This document shows positions 44,139 through 53,031 of a DNA stretch of 64,000 bases, piece by piece. The translations under genes were made by a program, and so were the position numbers. The notes beneath the pieces were generated by a model. The model was not told where the DNA came from, did not search any database, and was given only the letters and a program-made list of their open reading frames with translations. The stretch is from assembly GCA_013203185.1 (NCBI GenBank), contig JABMOS010000145.1, positions 8,294 to 72,293 of the forward strand, read 5' to 3'. The stretch's first letter is position 1, and the number at the start of each line of letters is the position of its first letter. The stretch is from Fidelibacterota bacterium. Lineage in GTDB: Bacteria > Fidelibacterota > UBA8477 > JABMPR01.

Positions 44139-44984
44139 TTATTTAAGTAGAAGTATTTTCCTCGTATCAAATCCCTTAGCGTGCGTAAGCGTGGCGATGT
44201 AAACACCACTGGTCAGCTCAGCGCCAGCTTCATCTCGAGAATTCCAGACAACCTGGTGTGAACCGGCTGACATATTTGATGCAATCAATTGCCTCACTTG
44301 ACTTCCCATTCCATCAAATATTGTTAACACCACTTGACCTGAATGAGGCAGTTCAAATTTGATCTGGGTCTGAGCGTTAAAAGGATTGGGGAAAACTGAT
44401 ATCAACTGGTGTTTTTCAGGAGATTCTGTTTCATTCTCTGTTCCCGTCACAGAAAGCAAATCATCCAGAACAGCCGTAATCGCAGATTCATTAAACCCAA
44501 TTGAGCTATACCGAACGACGCCATCGGTATCTATAATAGTATTTCTGGGGATTGCCCCAGTACCAAAATCGCTCCAAATATGGGAACCACGATCATCTGC
44601 TATGGGATAACTGGCACCGAGATTTGCCCAGGCCTGGCATGTCAGTGAGTTAAAGTCATTTCCCAGAGAAATTATTAAAAGTCCCTCATTGGCTCTTGAT
44701 TGATGAAAATCTTCCAGGTGCGGAACCTCCGCACGACAATTCCCTCACCAGGACTCAAAAAAGTTGAGCCAGACGACACGAGTCGCCTCCCCTGACTCTG
44801 GTACCAATAAATCTCCCAGGGATATATTCCCAGCATCATTAGCACAGTAACTCACAACCTTATCCCGGGTAGTTTGACTAATGGTCTGTCCTACACTGTA
44901 TTGAGCAAAAGCCGAAGCTGTTAGTACATATATACTTAAGGTAAGGGCAATGATGAGGTGCCCAGTTCTTTTTTCTCTTTGCAT
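44139..44984 (-). CDS. Candidate selenoprotein: secreted TlpA/ResA-like thioredoxin-fold oxidoreductase with W-U-G-N-C redox motif (Sec at codon 80, UGA 44747..44745) and C-terminal T9SS-type sorting domain
   Basis: ORF 44745..45029 ends ...VVWLNFFESW-TGA. The same frame continues with no further stop (GNCRAEVPHLEDF...IPRNTIIDTDGVVRY...) into ORF 44139..44459 (FPNPFNAQTQI...VYIATL...KILLLK). The UGA sits exactly where TlpA-like proteins have the first Cys of WCxxC. A hairpin lies 10 nt downstream. Start chosen at ATG 44984 (MQREKRTGHLIIALTLSIYVLTASAFAQ signal peptide). Confidence 0.7.
44718..44747 (-). promoter_or_regulatory. UGA plus SECIS-like stem-loop
   Basis: Minus strand reads UGA-GGGAAUUGUC-GUGCGGA-GGU-UCCGCAC: a 10-nt spacer, a perfect 7-bp GC-rich stem and a G-containing apical loop starting 17 nt after the UGA. 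Confidence 0.55.
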
Positions 44985-45249
44985 AAAAACTCCACATAAA
45001 TATTTAATTGGAATAAAATGGATTTCCATCTTCTCGTTTTAATGTAAGCCCTCTTTGAACAGAAAGTGTCAACTCAATGACAGTTCAGAAGGCGACACTG
45101 AGAATAAACGCCCGATACTGGTGAATGTTCTAGATGCGGGAGAAACCTAAAAAGATTAGATTATTTAGCTATTTGACTCTCTTATTCCCTTAATTCAATA
45201 ATATTTTAGGATATATTGCTCCGCACTTAAAATATTTCAGGAGATTAAA

Positions 45250-45711
45250 ATGATAGACGATCGCGATATCCAGATATTGGAATTACTTCAGGAAAATGGA
45301 CGCGCCACAGCCAGTGAAATTGCCAAGGTTGTCCAGCTCTCAATTCCAGCTATTGGTGAACGTATGAAAAAGCTCACAGAAAAGGGCCTCATTAAAGGCT
45401 ATTCCACTGTACTGGATCATAAAAAAGCCGGGCTGGATCTCACGGCCTTCGTCTTCATTGTCAGTGAGCACTCCGATCACTATGATAAATTTGTTGAAAA
45501 AGCCGCCAGCTCTAAATCGGTTCTTGAGTGTCACTCCATCATCGGAGGCGGTTCCCACATTCTTAAGGTCAGGGCGAGAAATTCACAGGCGCTGGAAGAC
45601 CTCCTGTATGAAATCCAGAACTGGCCCGGTGTGAGTCGTACGCAATCCAACCTGGTTCTATCTACCTATAAAGAAAGCACTGCAATTGATCTGCAGGCGC
45701 TTATTGCTTAG
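45250..45711 (+). CDS. Lrp/AsnC family transcriptional regulator
   Basis: 153 aa. An N-terminal wHTH (DIQILELLQENGRATASEIAKVVQLSIPAIGERMKKL) followed by a RAM/AsnC_trans_reg domain. Confidence 0.9.
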   Translation: MIDDRDIQILELLQENGRATASEIAKVVQLSIPAIGERMKKLTEKGLIKGYSTVLDHKKAGLDLTAFVFIVSEHSDHYDKFVEKAASSKSVLECHSIIGGGSHILKVRARNSQALEDLLYEIQNWPGVSRTQSNLVLSTYKESTAIDLQALIA

Positions 45712-45884
45712 ACTGGAACCTCTTTAACTTTTCAGACTATTTCACCATATTTACTTTATATATTTAAATATTTTCTTATAATATCTTAAATATTTATTGA
45801 CAATTGGACATTATACCAGTTAATTGTCTGTCATGATATGTAGATATACCAATAAATCAATCGTTCCAGTAAGGAGTCTTTCTA

Positions 45885-46895
45885 ATGTCAAAGATTAAAG
45901 CTGAATACATCTGGATTGATGGGCACCAACCCACATCCAAGCTTCGTTCAAAAACAAAAATTATTGATGGACCTGTAACTTCTCTGGATCAAGTTCCTGA
46001 ATGGAGCTTTGATGGCTCCAGCACTAACCAGGCCGTGGGGCATGATAGTGATCGAGCCTTGCACCCTGTTTCCTTTTATCTTGACCCCATCCGCGGGGGC
46101 GACAATATCCTTGTAATGACTGAGGTTCGTTATCCCGACGGAAAGGTTCACGAGACGAACAAACGTGCCCGTCTTGTTGAGTTGGCAAAAAAATATGAGA
46201 GTGAAAAATCCTGGTTTGGTATAGAACAGGAATATACTTTTTTCCAGGGTCGCGCTCCTTTGGGCTGGCCTGATGGTGGCTACCCAGCGCCACAGGGACC
46301 TTTTTATTGCGGCGTCGGTGCCGATGAGGTCTTTGGCCGTGATATTGTTGAAGACCATATGGAAGCTTGTTTACGTGCTGGTATTGGTATCTCTGGCGTC
46401 AATGCTGAAGTTATGCCGGGACAGTGGGAATTTCAGGTCGGACCCTTGGGACCCCTGGAGAGTGGTGATCAACTTTGGGTTGCTCGCTGGTTACTCTATC
46501 GTATCGCAGAAGATTATGGTGTCAATGCAAGCATTCATCCAAAACCTGTCAAAGGCGACTGGAACGGAGCAGGAGCTCATACCAATTTCAGTACCAAATC
46601 CATGCGTGAAGCAGGTGGTTTTGATATTATTGAAGCAGCCTGTAAAAAATTGGGTGAAAAACATGAAGAGCATATTGCGGTTTATGGTGCTCATAATGAA
46701 GAACGCCTCACAGGTCTCCATGAGACTTGTTCCATTCACGAATTCCGCTATGGCGTAAGTGACCGTGGTGCTTCAGTTAGAATTCCTCTTCAAACCGTGA
46801 AAGACGGAAAAGGGTACCTGGAGGATCGTCGTCCTTCAGCCAATATGGATCCGTATGAAGTTTGTGCCATTTTGCTGGAGACTGTCTGCTCCTAA
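45885..46895 (+). CDS. glnII: Glutamine synthetase, type II (eukaryote-like short form)
   Basis: 336 aa. AEYIWIDG..., GIEQEYTF, GQWEFQVGP, NGAGAHTNFS and EDRRPSANMDPY are motifs of GSII enzymes. Confidence 0.85.
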   Translation: MSKIKAEYIWIDGHQPTSKLRSKTKIIDGPVTSLDQVPEWSFDGSSTNQAVGHDSDRALHPVSFYLDPIRGGDNILVMTEVRYPDGKVHETNKRARLVELAKKYESEKSWFGIEQEYTFFQGRAPLGWPDGGYPAPQGPFYCGVGADEVFGRDIVEDHMEACLRAGIGISGVNAEVMPGQWEFQVGPLGPLESGDQLWVARWLLYRIAEDYGVNASIHPKPVKGDWNGAGAHTNFSTKSMREAGGFDIIEAACKKLGEKHEEHIAVYGAHNEERLTGLHETCSIHEFRYGVSDRGASVRIPLQTVKDGKGYLEDRRPSANMDPYEVCAILLETVCS

Positions 46896-46922
46896 AGACT
46901 TCTCCCCTTCATTAGGATTATC

Positions 46923-46957
46923 AAAGCCACCTCTGTCAATAGGGGTGGCTTTTTTTC
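46923..46957 (+). terminator. Rho-independent terminator after glnII
   Basis: AAAGCCACC-TCTGTCAATAG-GGGTGGCTTTTTTT: an 8-9 bp stem followed by a T-run. Confidence 0.7.
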
Positions 46958-47106
46958 CGATAGCTGATTTGGTTCCGGACTTATCTGTTATTTGAGTTTC
47001 TTCCCTACTCCCCAATGCGCTTGTGAAGACCAAATTCGTTGTTGCATAAGCCCTGCTTCCATATTTAAGCATTTTATATACAGTGATGGTTGTTAGCTTG
47101 GCACCT

Positions 47107-48054
47107 ATGAAAAAAAGCCGCATCCTGATTCTACTTGACTATTTGTTCGTTCTGCGACCAACTTTATTCTTCCCTGGTTGGACGATTGCTCTGGTTGGAG
47201 CCTATGCTGCAATGCGATTTTCCGAAACATGGAAACCCCTGGGCTTTTGGTACGGATTGGTTGTCTTCACACTGTATACCATGACCATGGGTGCCGTCTA
47301 TCTCATTAACAATATTATCGATCGTCATAATGATGCTACCAATAATAAGGTGTTTCTCATTTCAGATGAGTACATCCCGCCCAAGCGGGCAATGCTCTAT
47401 CTTGCTGTAATTCTCATCGTGGTATCAATCCTGACTTTATTGGTATCCGTTAAGTTATTCCTGTGGTTTTTTGCCATGTTCTTCTTTATGGGTATTACCT
47501 ATAGTGTTAGACCATTCTCTCTGAAAGATCGACCTATTGGTGGGGTGGTTACCAGTGTTGCCTCAGGATTCGGGCTTTTTGGATTCGGATGGTATCTGTA
47601 TGCACCCCTGGGTGGAATAGCAGTCTGGTGGCACTCACTTCCCTATGTCTTGGCCTGGGTTAGTATCAGCATGCTTACTACCATCCCAGATAGCTATGGA
47701 GATGCCCTGGACTCCAAGGAAACCATTGCTGTGGCACTGGGACACCATAAGACCCAGGACTACGCATTTATCTTGCTTATGGCGGCATTGATTTTTTCAG
47801 TTATGACCTGGGACTGGGTTATCGGTGTAACCGGCCTGTTGGCTTTCCCCTTATATACCTTAATGTGGAGAAGTCGTAGTGTCCAAAGTACATTGAGGGT
47901 GATTCGCTATGGAATCAGTTTTCTCTCCTTTGCCATGTTTATAGTTTTTCCTGCTTATTTCGTAGCTTGTTTTCTTTTATTCTTTCTAGCTAGATGGTAT
48001 TACCGAGGACGCTTCGGCATCCTCTATCCAACATGGAGAACCAAACCTGAATGA
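47107..48054 (+). CDS. UbiA-superfamily polyprenyl transferase (integral membrane)
   Basis: Start moved to ATG 47107. About 8 TM helices. First Asp-rich motif NNIIDRHND and second motif DSYGDALD. Confidence 0.8.
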   Translation: MKKSRILILLDYLFVLRPTLFFPGWTIALVGAYAAMRFSETWKPLGFWYGLVVFTLYTMTMGAVYLINNIIDRHNDATNNKVFLISDEYIPPKRAMLYLAVILIVVSILTLLVSVKLFLWFFAMFFFMGITYSVRPFSLKDRPIGGVVTSVASGFGLFGFGWYLYAPLGGIAVWWHSLPYVLAWVSISMLTTIPDSYGDALDSKETIAVALGHHKTQDYAFILLMAALIFSVMTWDWVIGVTGLLAFPLYTLMWRSRSVQSTLRVIRYGISFLSFAMFIVFPAYFVACFLLFFLARWYYRGRFGILYPTWRTKPE

Positions 48055-48242
48055 TTCATGTTAAAGATAATAAATGTGATTTTTGCGGCACCTGTGTCGC
48101 CGTCTGCCCTGTCGATGCAATCGAGCTCAGGGAGGCAGATATCCGTATTATACACGAGACCTGCATAGATTGTGATATCTGTGTCTGGGTTTGCCCAATT
48201 GATGTCCTGGAATCGCAAGATGCCCAGGTGAGCAATGACTGA
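48051..48242 (+). CDS. 2x[4Fe-4S] ferredoxin
   Basis: 63 aa with CDFCGTCVAVCP and CIDCDICVWVCP. ATGA overlap with the UbiA gene. Confidence 0.85.
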   Translation: MIHVKDNKCDFCGTCVAVCPVDAIELREADIRIIHETCIDCDICVWVCPIDVLESQDAQVSND

Positions 48243-49410
48243 TTTTGATGTTATTGTAGTCGGTGGTGGTCCAGCAGGCTGTATAGCTGCTTATGAATCT
48301 GCAAAAGCAGGTCTTAAGACAATCATTCTCGAGAAAGACCGTGATATTGGTTATCCCGTTCGATGTGCTGAAGCCATAGGCGAAGATGGTCTCAGAAAAT
48401 TTATGGAAACTGATCCTCAATGGGTTGCTGCAACTATAAAATATGCTCAGCTCCACTCGCCTGAGGGCACAGCCATTCGTTTAGATTTACCTATCGAAAA
48501 TGGACTTATTTTGCATCGTAGGCTATTTGACTTTGCTCTGGCCCAAAGGGCTGCAGAGGCAGGATCTGAGGTGCAGACAAAAGCATATGTTGATGGGCTC
48601 ATCATTTCAGATGATCAGGTCAAAGGTGTAAATTACCAATATTTCGGAGAGAAACGATCGCTCACAGCCAAAATTGTCATCGGGGCAGATGGCGTTGAAT
48701 CCCGTGTAGGCAGGATGGCTGGTCTGCGGACAGCACTCAAACTCAGTGACACTGGATCAGGGTACCAGGTCTCAGTGGCCAATGTGGATGTGGAGCAGGA
48801 TGTCATTGACTTCTACTTCGGGTCCAAATTAGCACCCAGTGGTTATCTCTGGATCTTTCCAAAGGGTGAAGGCATGGCCAATATAGGTCTTGGCGTCGTA
48901 GGCAAGGGAGTTAAAGATGTTTTGGCCAAGGATCTTCTGGATAAATTTCTTGCAGATCGCTTTCCCAAAGCTGCAGTACTCACGGCAGTGGCAGGAGGAA
49001 TTCCTCTGGCAAAAACTTTAAAAAAGATTTCCACCAATGGGCTCATGCTCATCGGTGATGCAGCTCGCATGGCGAACCCAGTGTCAGGTGGCGGAATCAT
49101 TTCAGGAATGGTGGCAGGGAGAATTGCCGGTCAAGTCGCTGCCGAAGCTATTCGCACAGGTGACCTCAGCGAAAAGGGCTTAAAGGCATTTCCAGCCCGC
49201 TGGCACAAAGAAGTTGGCCGTGACTATGCCATTGCGCATCGCATATCTAACTCTATCAGGGATGTTACTGACGACCAATTTAATAAGATGGCCCGGGAAC
49301 TAAAAGACCTGCCTCCTGAGAAATTACACATACGCAAAGTTTTTGCCACTGCAGCCAAGCATAAGCCAAAAATCCTGCTTGATATAACTCGGGCTTTCGC
49401 CCATCTATAA
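48235..49410 (+). CDS. Geranylgeranyl reductase family flavoprotein
   Basis: DVIVVGGGPAGCIAA FAD fold. PVRCAEAIG (the conserved catalytic-Cys region of GGRs). GDAARMANPVSGGGI. 8-nt overlap with the ferredoxin gene. Confidence 0.85.
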   Translation: MTDFDVIVVGGGPAGCIAAYESAKAGLKTIILEKDRDIGYPVRCAEAIGEDGLRKFMETDPQWVAATIKYAQLHSPEGTAIRLDLPIENGLILHRRLFDFALAQRAAEAGSEVQTKAYVDGLIISDDQVKGVNYQYFGEKRSLTAKIVIGADGVESRVGRMAGLRTALKLSDTGSGYQVSVANVDVEQDVIDFYFGSKLAPSGYLWIFPKGEGMANIGLGVVGKGVKDVLAKDLLDKFLADRFPKAAVLTAVAGGIPLAKTLKKISTNGLMLIGDAARMANPVSGGGIISGMVAGRIAGQVAAEAIRTGDLSEKGLKAFPARWHKEVGRDYAIAHRISNSIRDVTDDQFNKMARELKDLPPEKLHIRKVFATAAKHKPKILLDITRAFAHL

Positions 49411-49422
49411 TCAGAAGTAGTA

Positions 49423-51138
49423 CTAGTCCTGGGCAAAAAGGGAGCGGTACTCCGGGTGGAGCCGCAGCAGCTGGGCATGCTGGCCCTCCTGGTGAATCTG
49501 GCCATCTTTGATCCAGATAACCCTGTCCATTTCTATTGCTGTTGCTTCACGATGTGTTGCAACCAGAAAGAGAGCTTCTGAATAATCGGAATTAATGTTC
49601 TGCCACAAAATCTTTTCAGTATTGAGATCCAGGGCAGAGGTTACATCGTCAAAGATATATATCGGTGTATCACCATAAAAAGCACGGGCCAGAGCTACTC
49701 GAGCCCTTTGTCCACCACTCAACCCTACACCGCCTTGCTCCAGTACTTTGTCCAGATCTAACTCCCCACCAATTACAGCCACTTGAGCAATCGACTCCAT
49801 GCTTTTAGAGGATTCACGCCCCATGCTGATATTATCTGTCACCGTGCCACTAAACAGCTCAATGTCCTGAGGTACATATCCAATAATCTGAGCTCTTGAA
49901 GCATCTCTGAGATCATCAATACGAAGATGGTTGACCTCCACACTCCCGCCTGTAGGGACAAACCATCCAGAGATCAATTTCAAGAGGACTGTTTTTCCAG
50001 AACCAACTTCTCCCACTATCCCAATTTTTTCGCCAGGAGTGGCAGTAAGATCAAGAGCTTTGATGATATCCATATCCTCTCCAGGAAACCGGAAATGCAG
50101 GTTGTTAATTCTCAGCTGGTTGATGGGTAGCTGAACCACGTTATCATGGATTGGCTTGTTTTCAAATTTTTCAATCTCTTCCAGACGATCCACTGAGGAT
50201 TCAGCCATTTTTAAGGAGACAAAAAACCACGAAATGGTCCATATGGGTTCAGTGATACCTGCCATATAGGCAATAAAAGCATAAAAAGTCCCCAGGGTGA
50301 TTTCATCATGAATGACATAATACCCGCCCAAAAATAAAATGACAACCAGGCCGACCTGATTGATTAGACTCCCCAGACTTTCCAGGAAAGAACGTATATA
50401 GACCACACGTTCCTCCGCGTTTTTGCGGTCGACCATATTGGTCTGAAAGAGACGCTCCTGGGCCTGCTCCATGACAAACCCAATAACAATCCTGATTCCA
50501 GAAAAAGCGCTTTCCAGGATATTGTTGGTGTGTGAGATAGTCTGCTGGCGCTTTTTATAGGCCTCGTGTTGTAAATGTTCAGTCTTGCTCATAGCCCACA
50601 CAATGAGAGGGAGGGGAGAAACTGCCAGGAGTGTCAATTTCCAATGAAGCGTCATCATAACCCCAATGGAAAACAGCAGGGTGAATCCAGCCTCTATTGG
50701 ACGCATAATCCCTGAGTTGCCAAACCAGGCTAGTTTCACATCTCCATCAATGTCATCTGAAAATCTGGTAATAATATCACCTGATCTGTATTCATTGAAA
50801 AAAGCAGGATCTTTGCGAAGGAGATTCTCGAAATGGAAGAGCTTGATGTCCATCCCCAAAATCAAATTCATGACATATCGGGACGAGGGCAGTATCCACC
50901 GGGTCAGGGTCCTGGCAAGTCCAATCCCCAAAATAATCCACACATAGAACTGGACATCACTGGTCTCACGCCCTGCTGACAAAGCATCGATGACATACTT
51001 AAAAATGATGGGATAGGTTGTGCTGAGGGCAATACTCACCACGGTGATGAGCATGACCCAGCTAATCCCTTTCCAGCGATGCCTCCAGTAAGGGGCAAAC
51101 CAACCCAGGACGTGTTTAGTAGCACCAAGGAGAGCCAT
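49423..51138 (-). CDS. ABC exporter half-transporter (TMD-NBD)
   Basis: Six N-terminal TM helices. Walker A GEVGSGKT, signature LSGGQRARV, Walker B IYIFDD. Confidence 0.9.
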   Translation of the reverse strand: MALLGATKHVLGWFAPYWRHRWKGISWVMLITVVSIALSTTYPIIFKYVIDALSAGRETSDVQFYVWIILGIGLARTLTRWILPSSRYVMNLILGMDIKLFHFENLLRKDPAFFNEYRSGDIITRFSDDIDGDVKLAWFGNSGIMRPIEAGFTLLFSIGVMMTLHWKLTLLAVSPLPLIVWAMSKTEHLQHEAYKKRQQTISHTNNILESAFSGIRIVIGFVMEQAQERLFQTNMVDRKNAEERVVYIRSFLESLGSLINQVGLVVILFLGGYYVIHDEITLGTFYAFIAYMAGITEPIWTISWFFVSLKMAESSVDRLEEIEKFENKPIHDNVVQLPINQLRINNLHFRFPGEDMDIIKALDLTATPGEKIGIVGEVGSGKTVLLKLISGWFVPTGGSVEVNHLRIDDLRDASRAQIIGYVPQDIELFSGTVTDNISMGRESSKSMESIAQVAVIGGELDLDKVLEQGGVGLSGGQRARVALARAFYGDTPIYIFDDVTSALDLNTEKILWQNINSDYSEALFLVATHREATAIEMDRVIWIKDGQIHQEGQHAQLLRLHPEYRSLFAQD

Positions 51139-52928
51139 TATAGGATTTCCTTCTCAAGATCAACGTGAGACAACAAATCGAAATAAGCGCCTCGCTTGCT
51201 TATCAATTCATCATGGTTTCCCGATTCAATTATCTCTCCATCACTGACAAAAATGATGGAGGTTGCTCGTCGAATCGTGCTGAGGCGATGGGCTACGATA
51301 AATGAAGTCCGGCCTTCTGTTAGTTTCTTCATAGTAGCCTGAATCCGAAGTTCTGTGCCTGGATCTACTGAAGAAGTTGCTTCATCTAACACCAACACTT
51401 GAGGTTTTACCGCCAGGGCCCGTGCAAAAGCAATCAGCTGCCTCTGGCCGTATGAAAAGCCTTCACCGCTCTCTTTAAGAATTGTTTCATATCCGTCTGA
51501 GCGAGCGAGAATACTATTGTGTATGTCAGTAAGATTGGCTGCTGATTCAAGATCTTCCTGGGTTACTTCAGAACGGAATGCCCGTAAATTCTCCTCAATG
51601 GGAGCTGGAAACAGAAACAGGTCCTGGAGGACAAGACCAAAACGACGACGGTAATCTGTCACATCAAATTCACAGATATCTATTCCGTTGAGTAAAATGC
51701 GACCGGCTTGTGGATCTCGAAAGCGGCAAATAAGATTGATAATCGTTGATTTCCCACCGCCTGTTGGCCCCACAAATGCAACCTGATCACCACCCTTGAT
51801 CTCAAAGCTCATATCCTTGATAATCATGAGGTCTTCAGAATAACCAAAGCTGACATTCTCGAAGACAATGCTTTCAATTTCTAAAGGTAAATCAACTGGC
51901 TCTACCTGTGTTTCTATGTAGGGTTTCTCTTCTAGAGTGGAAAAAATTCTATCGGCGGCTCCACCAGCAGATTGAAGCTGAGAGATCTGTTCTGTGAACA
52001 TAAATATTGGCCAATAAATTTGGGCAATATATTGGGCAAATAGTACCAGCGCCCCGATAGTCAGGCTCCCTTCATTCACCCATCTGACTCCCAACATGAG
52101 TACGATCACTGTAGCGCCAACTTCCATAAAACCCAGACCTTGAAAAATACCATAATTGATAAAATTCATCTTGATGCTAAAGCTGTTGAATTCCTCTGTG
52201 GATTTGCGAACACGACCAATGGCCCAGTCTGTCCGATCAAATACTTGAAGAATACTTGCTGACCTCACAAATTCGCTGAGCACGCCCAACATCTTTGAAA
52301 AATTTGATCTATCTTTGCGAAAGTAAGGTCTGAAATACCTGAACGAAAACCATGCAATAAAAATGACCAATGGGAAAATAGCCAGGGTGATAAGCAAAAA
52401 CCGCATGTCTACAGAGGCCAGAATAACAAAGGCGCCAATGATCATCCCGATTGACATGAGCAGGCGTTGGGCCATGGTGGATGTTACAGCTATGATACGT
52501 TGAGGATCAGACTCGATTCTACTAACTAATTGCCCCGTTGAAGTGGACTCTGCAAAGGGTAAACCCAATTTCAAGGCGTGGGAAAAGAGTGAAACCTTCA
52601 AGTCATTTACAGCAAATATACCTGCTTTTTGGGCCATCCAATTGCTGTAAAAACCGACAATGGCCGAAAGAATCATGGTGAGGAGATACAAGCCAGCCGA
52701 CCAGAGCAAGGCCGTGAAATTTTTACTGGGGATATCTGAATCAATGATATGTTTCAGGATAATGGGCTGGAACAAAACCAGGATGACACCTGCAAAAGCC
52801 CAGAGCAATGCAAAAAAGAAGGTCTTATTATAGGGCCTTATAAATGGATAAACACCCCTGACCATCTCCTTGAAGGAGTAGGTTTTGGCGTTATCATCAT
52901 CCAGGCTAAAGTCGTCGTCCCACCACAT
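51138..52928 (-). CDS. ABC exporter half-transporter (TMD-NBD), probable heterodimer partner
   Basis: Walker A GPTGGGKST, degenerate signature FSYGQRQL, Walker B VLVLDEATS. Its stop overlaps the partner's start. Confidence 0.9.
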   Translation of the reverse strand: MWWDDDFSLDDDNAKTYSFKEMVRGVYPFIRPYNKTFFFALLWAFAGVILVLFQPIILKHIIDSDIPSKNFTALLWSAGLYLLTMILSAIVGFYSNWMAQKAGIFAVNDLKVSLFSHALKLGLPFAESTSTGQLVSRIESDPQRIIAVTSTMAQRLLMSIGMIIGAFVILASVDMRFLLITLAIFPLVIFIAWFSFRYFRPYFRKDRSNFSKMLGVLSEFVRSASILQVFDRTDWAIGRVRKSTEEFNSFSIKMNFINYGIFQGLGFMEVGATVIVLMLGVRWVNEGSLTIGALVLFAQYIAQIYWPIFMFTEQISQLQSAGGAADRIFSTLEEKPYIETQVEPVDLPLEIESIVFENVSFGYSEDLMIIKDMSFEIKGGDQVAFVGPTGGGKSTIINLICRFRDPQAGRILLNGIDICEFDVTDYRRRFGLVLQDLFLFPAPIEENLRAFRSEVTQEDLESAANLTDIHNSILARSDGYETILKESGEGFSYGQRQLIAFARALAVKPQVLVLDEATSSVDPGTELRIQATMKKLTEGRTSFIVAHRLSTIRRATSIIFVSDGEIIESGNHDELISKRGAYFDLLSHVDLEKEIL

Positions 52929-53031
52929 CCTGATAGGTAAAGCAAAACATACTAATTTGGAAGGGAAGAATTACTTTCCTCCGCACTTCATAAGCTACAA
53001 ATTGTGAACTGAACATTTTATACCTGGAAAG

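Noticed and set aside
44139-45029. Treating 44745..45029 and 44139..44459 as two independent small genes, or as a pseudogene.
   Set aside because: The upstream ORF would be a thioredoxin fold truncated exactly at its active-site Cys position. The 285 nt between the ORFs are stop-free in the same frame and encode the rest of the fold. The downstream ORF has only a TTG 'start' with no signal peptide, although it is a secretion sorting domain. A pseudogene cannot be fully excluded without homologues.
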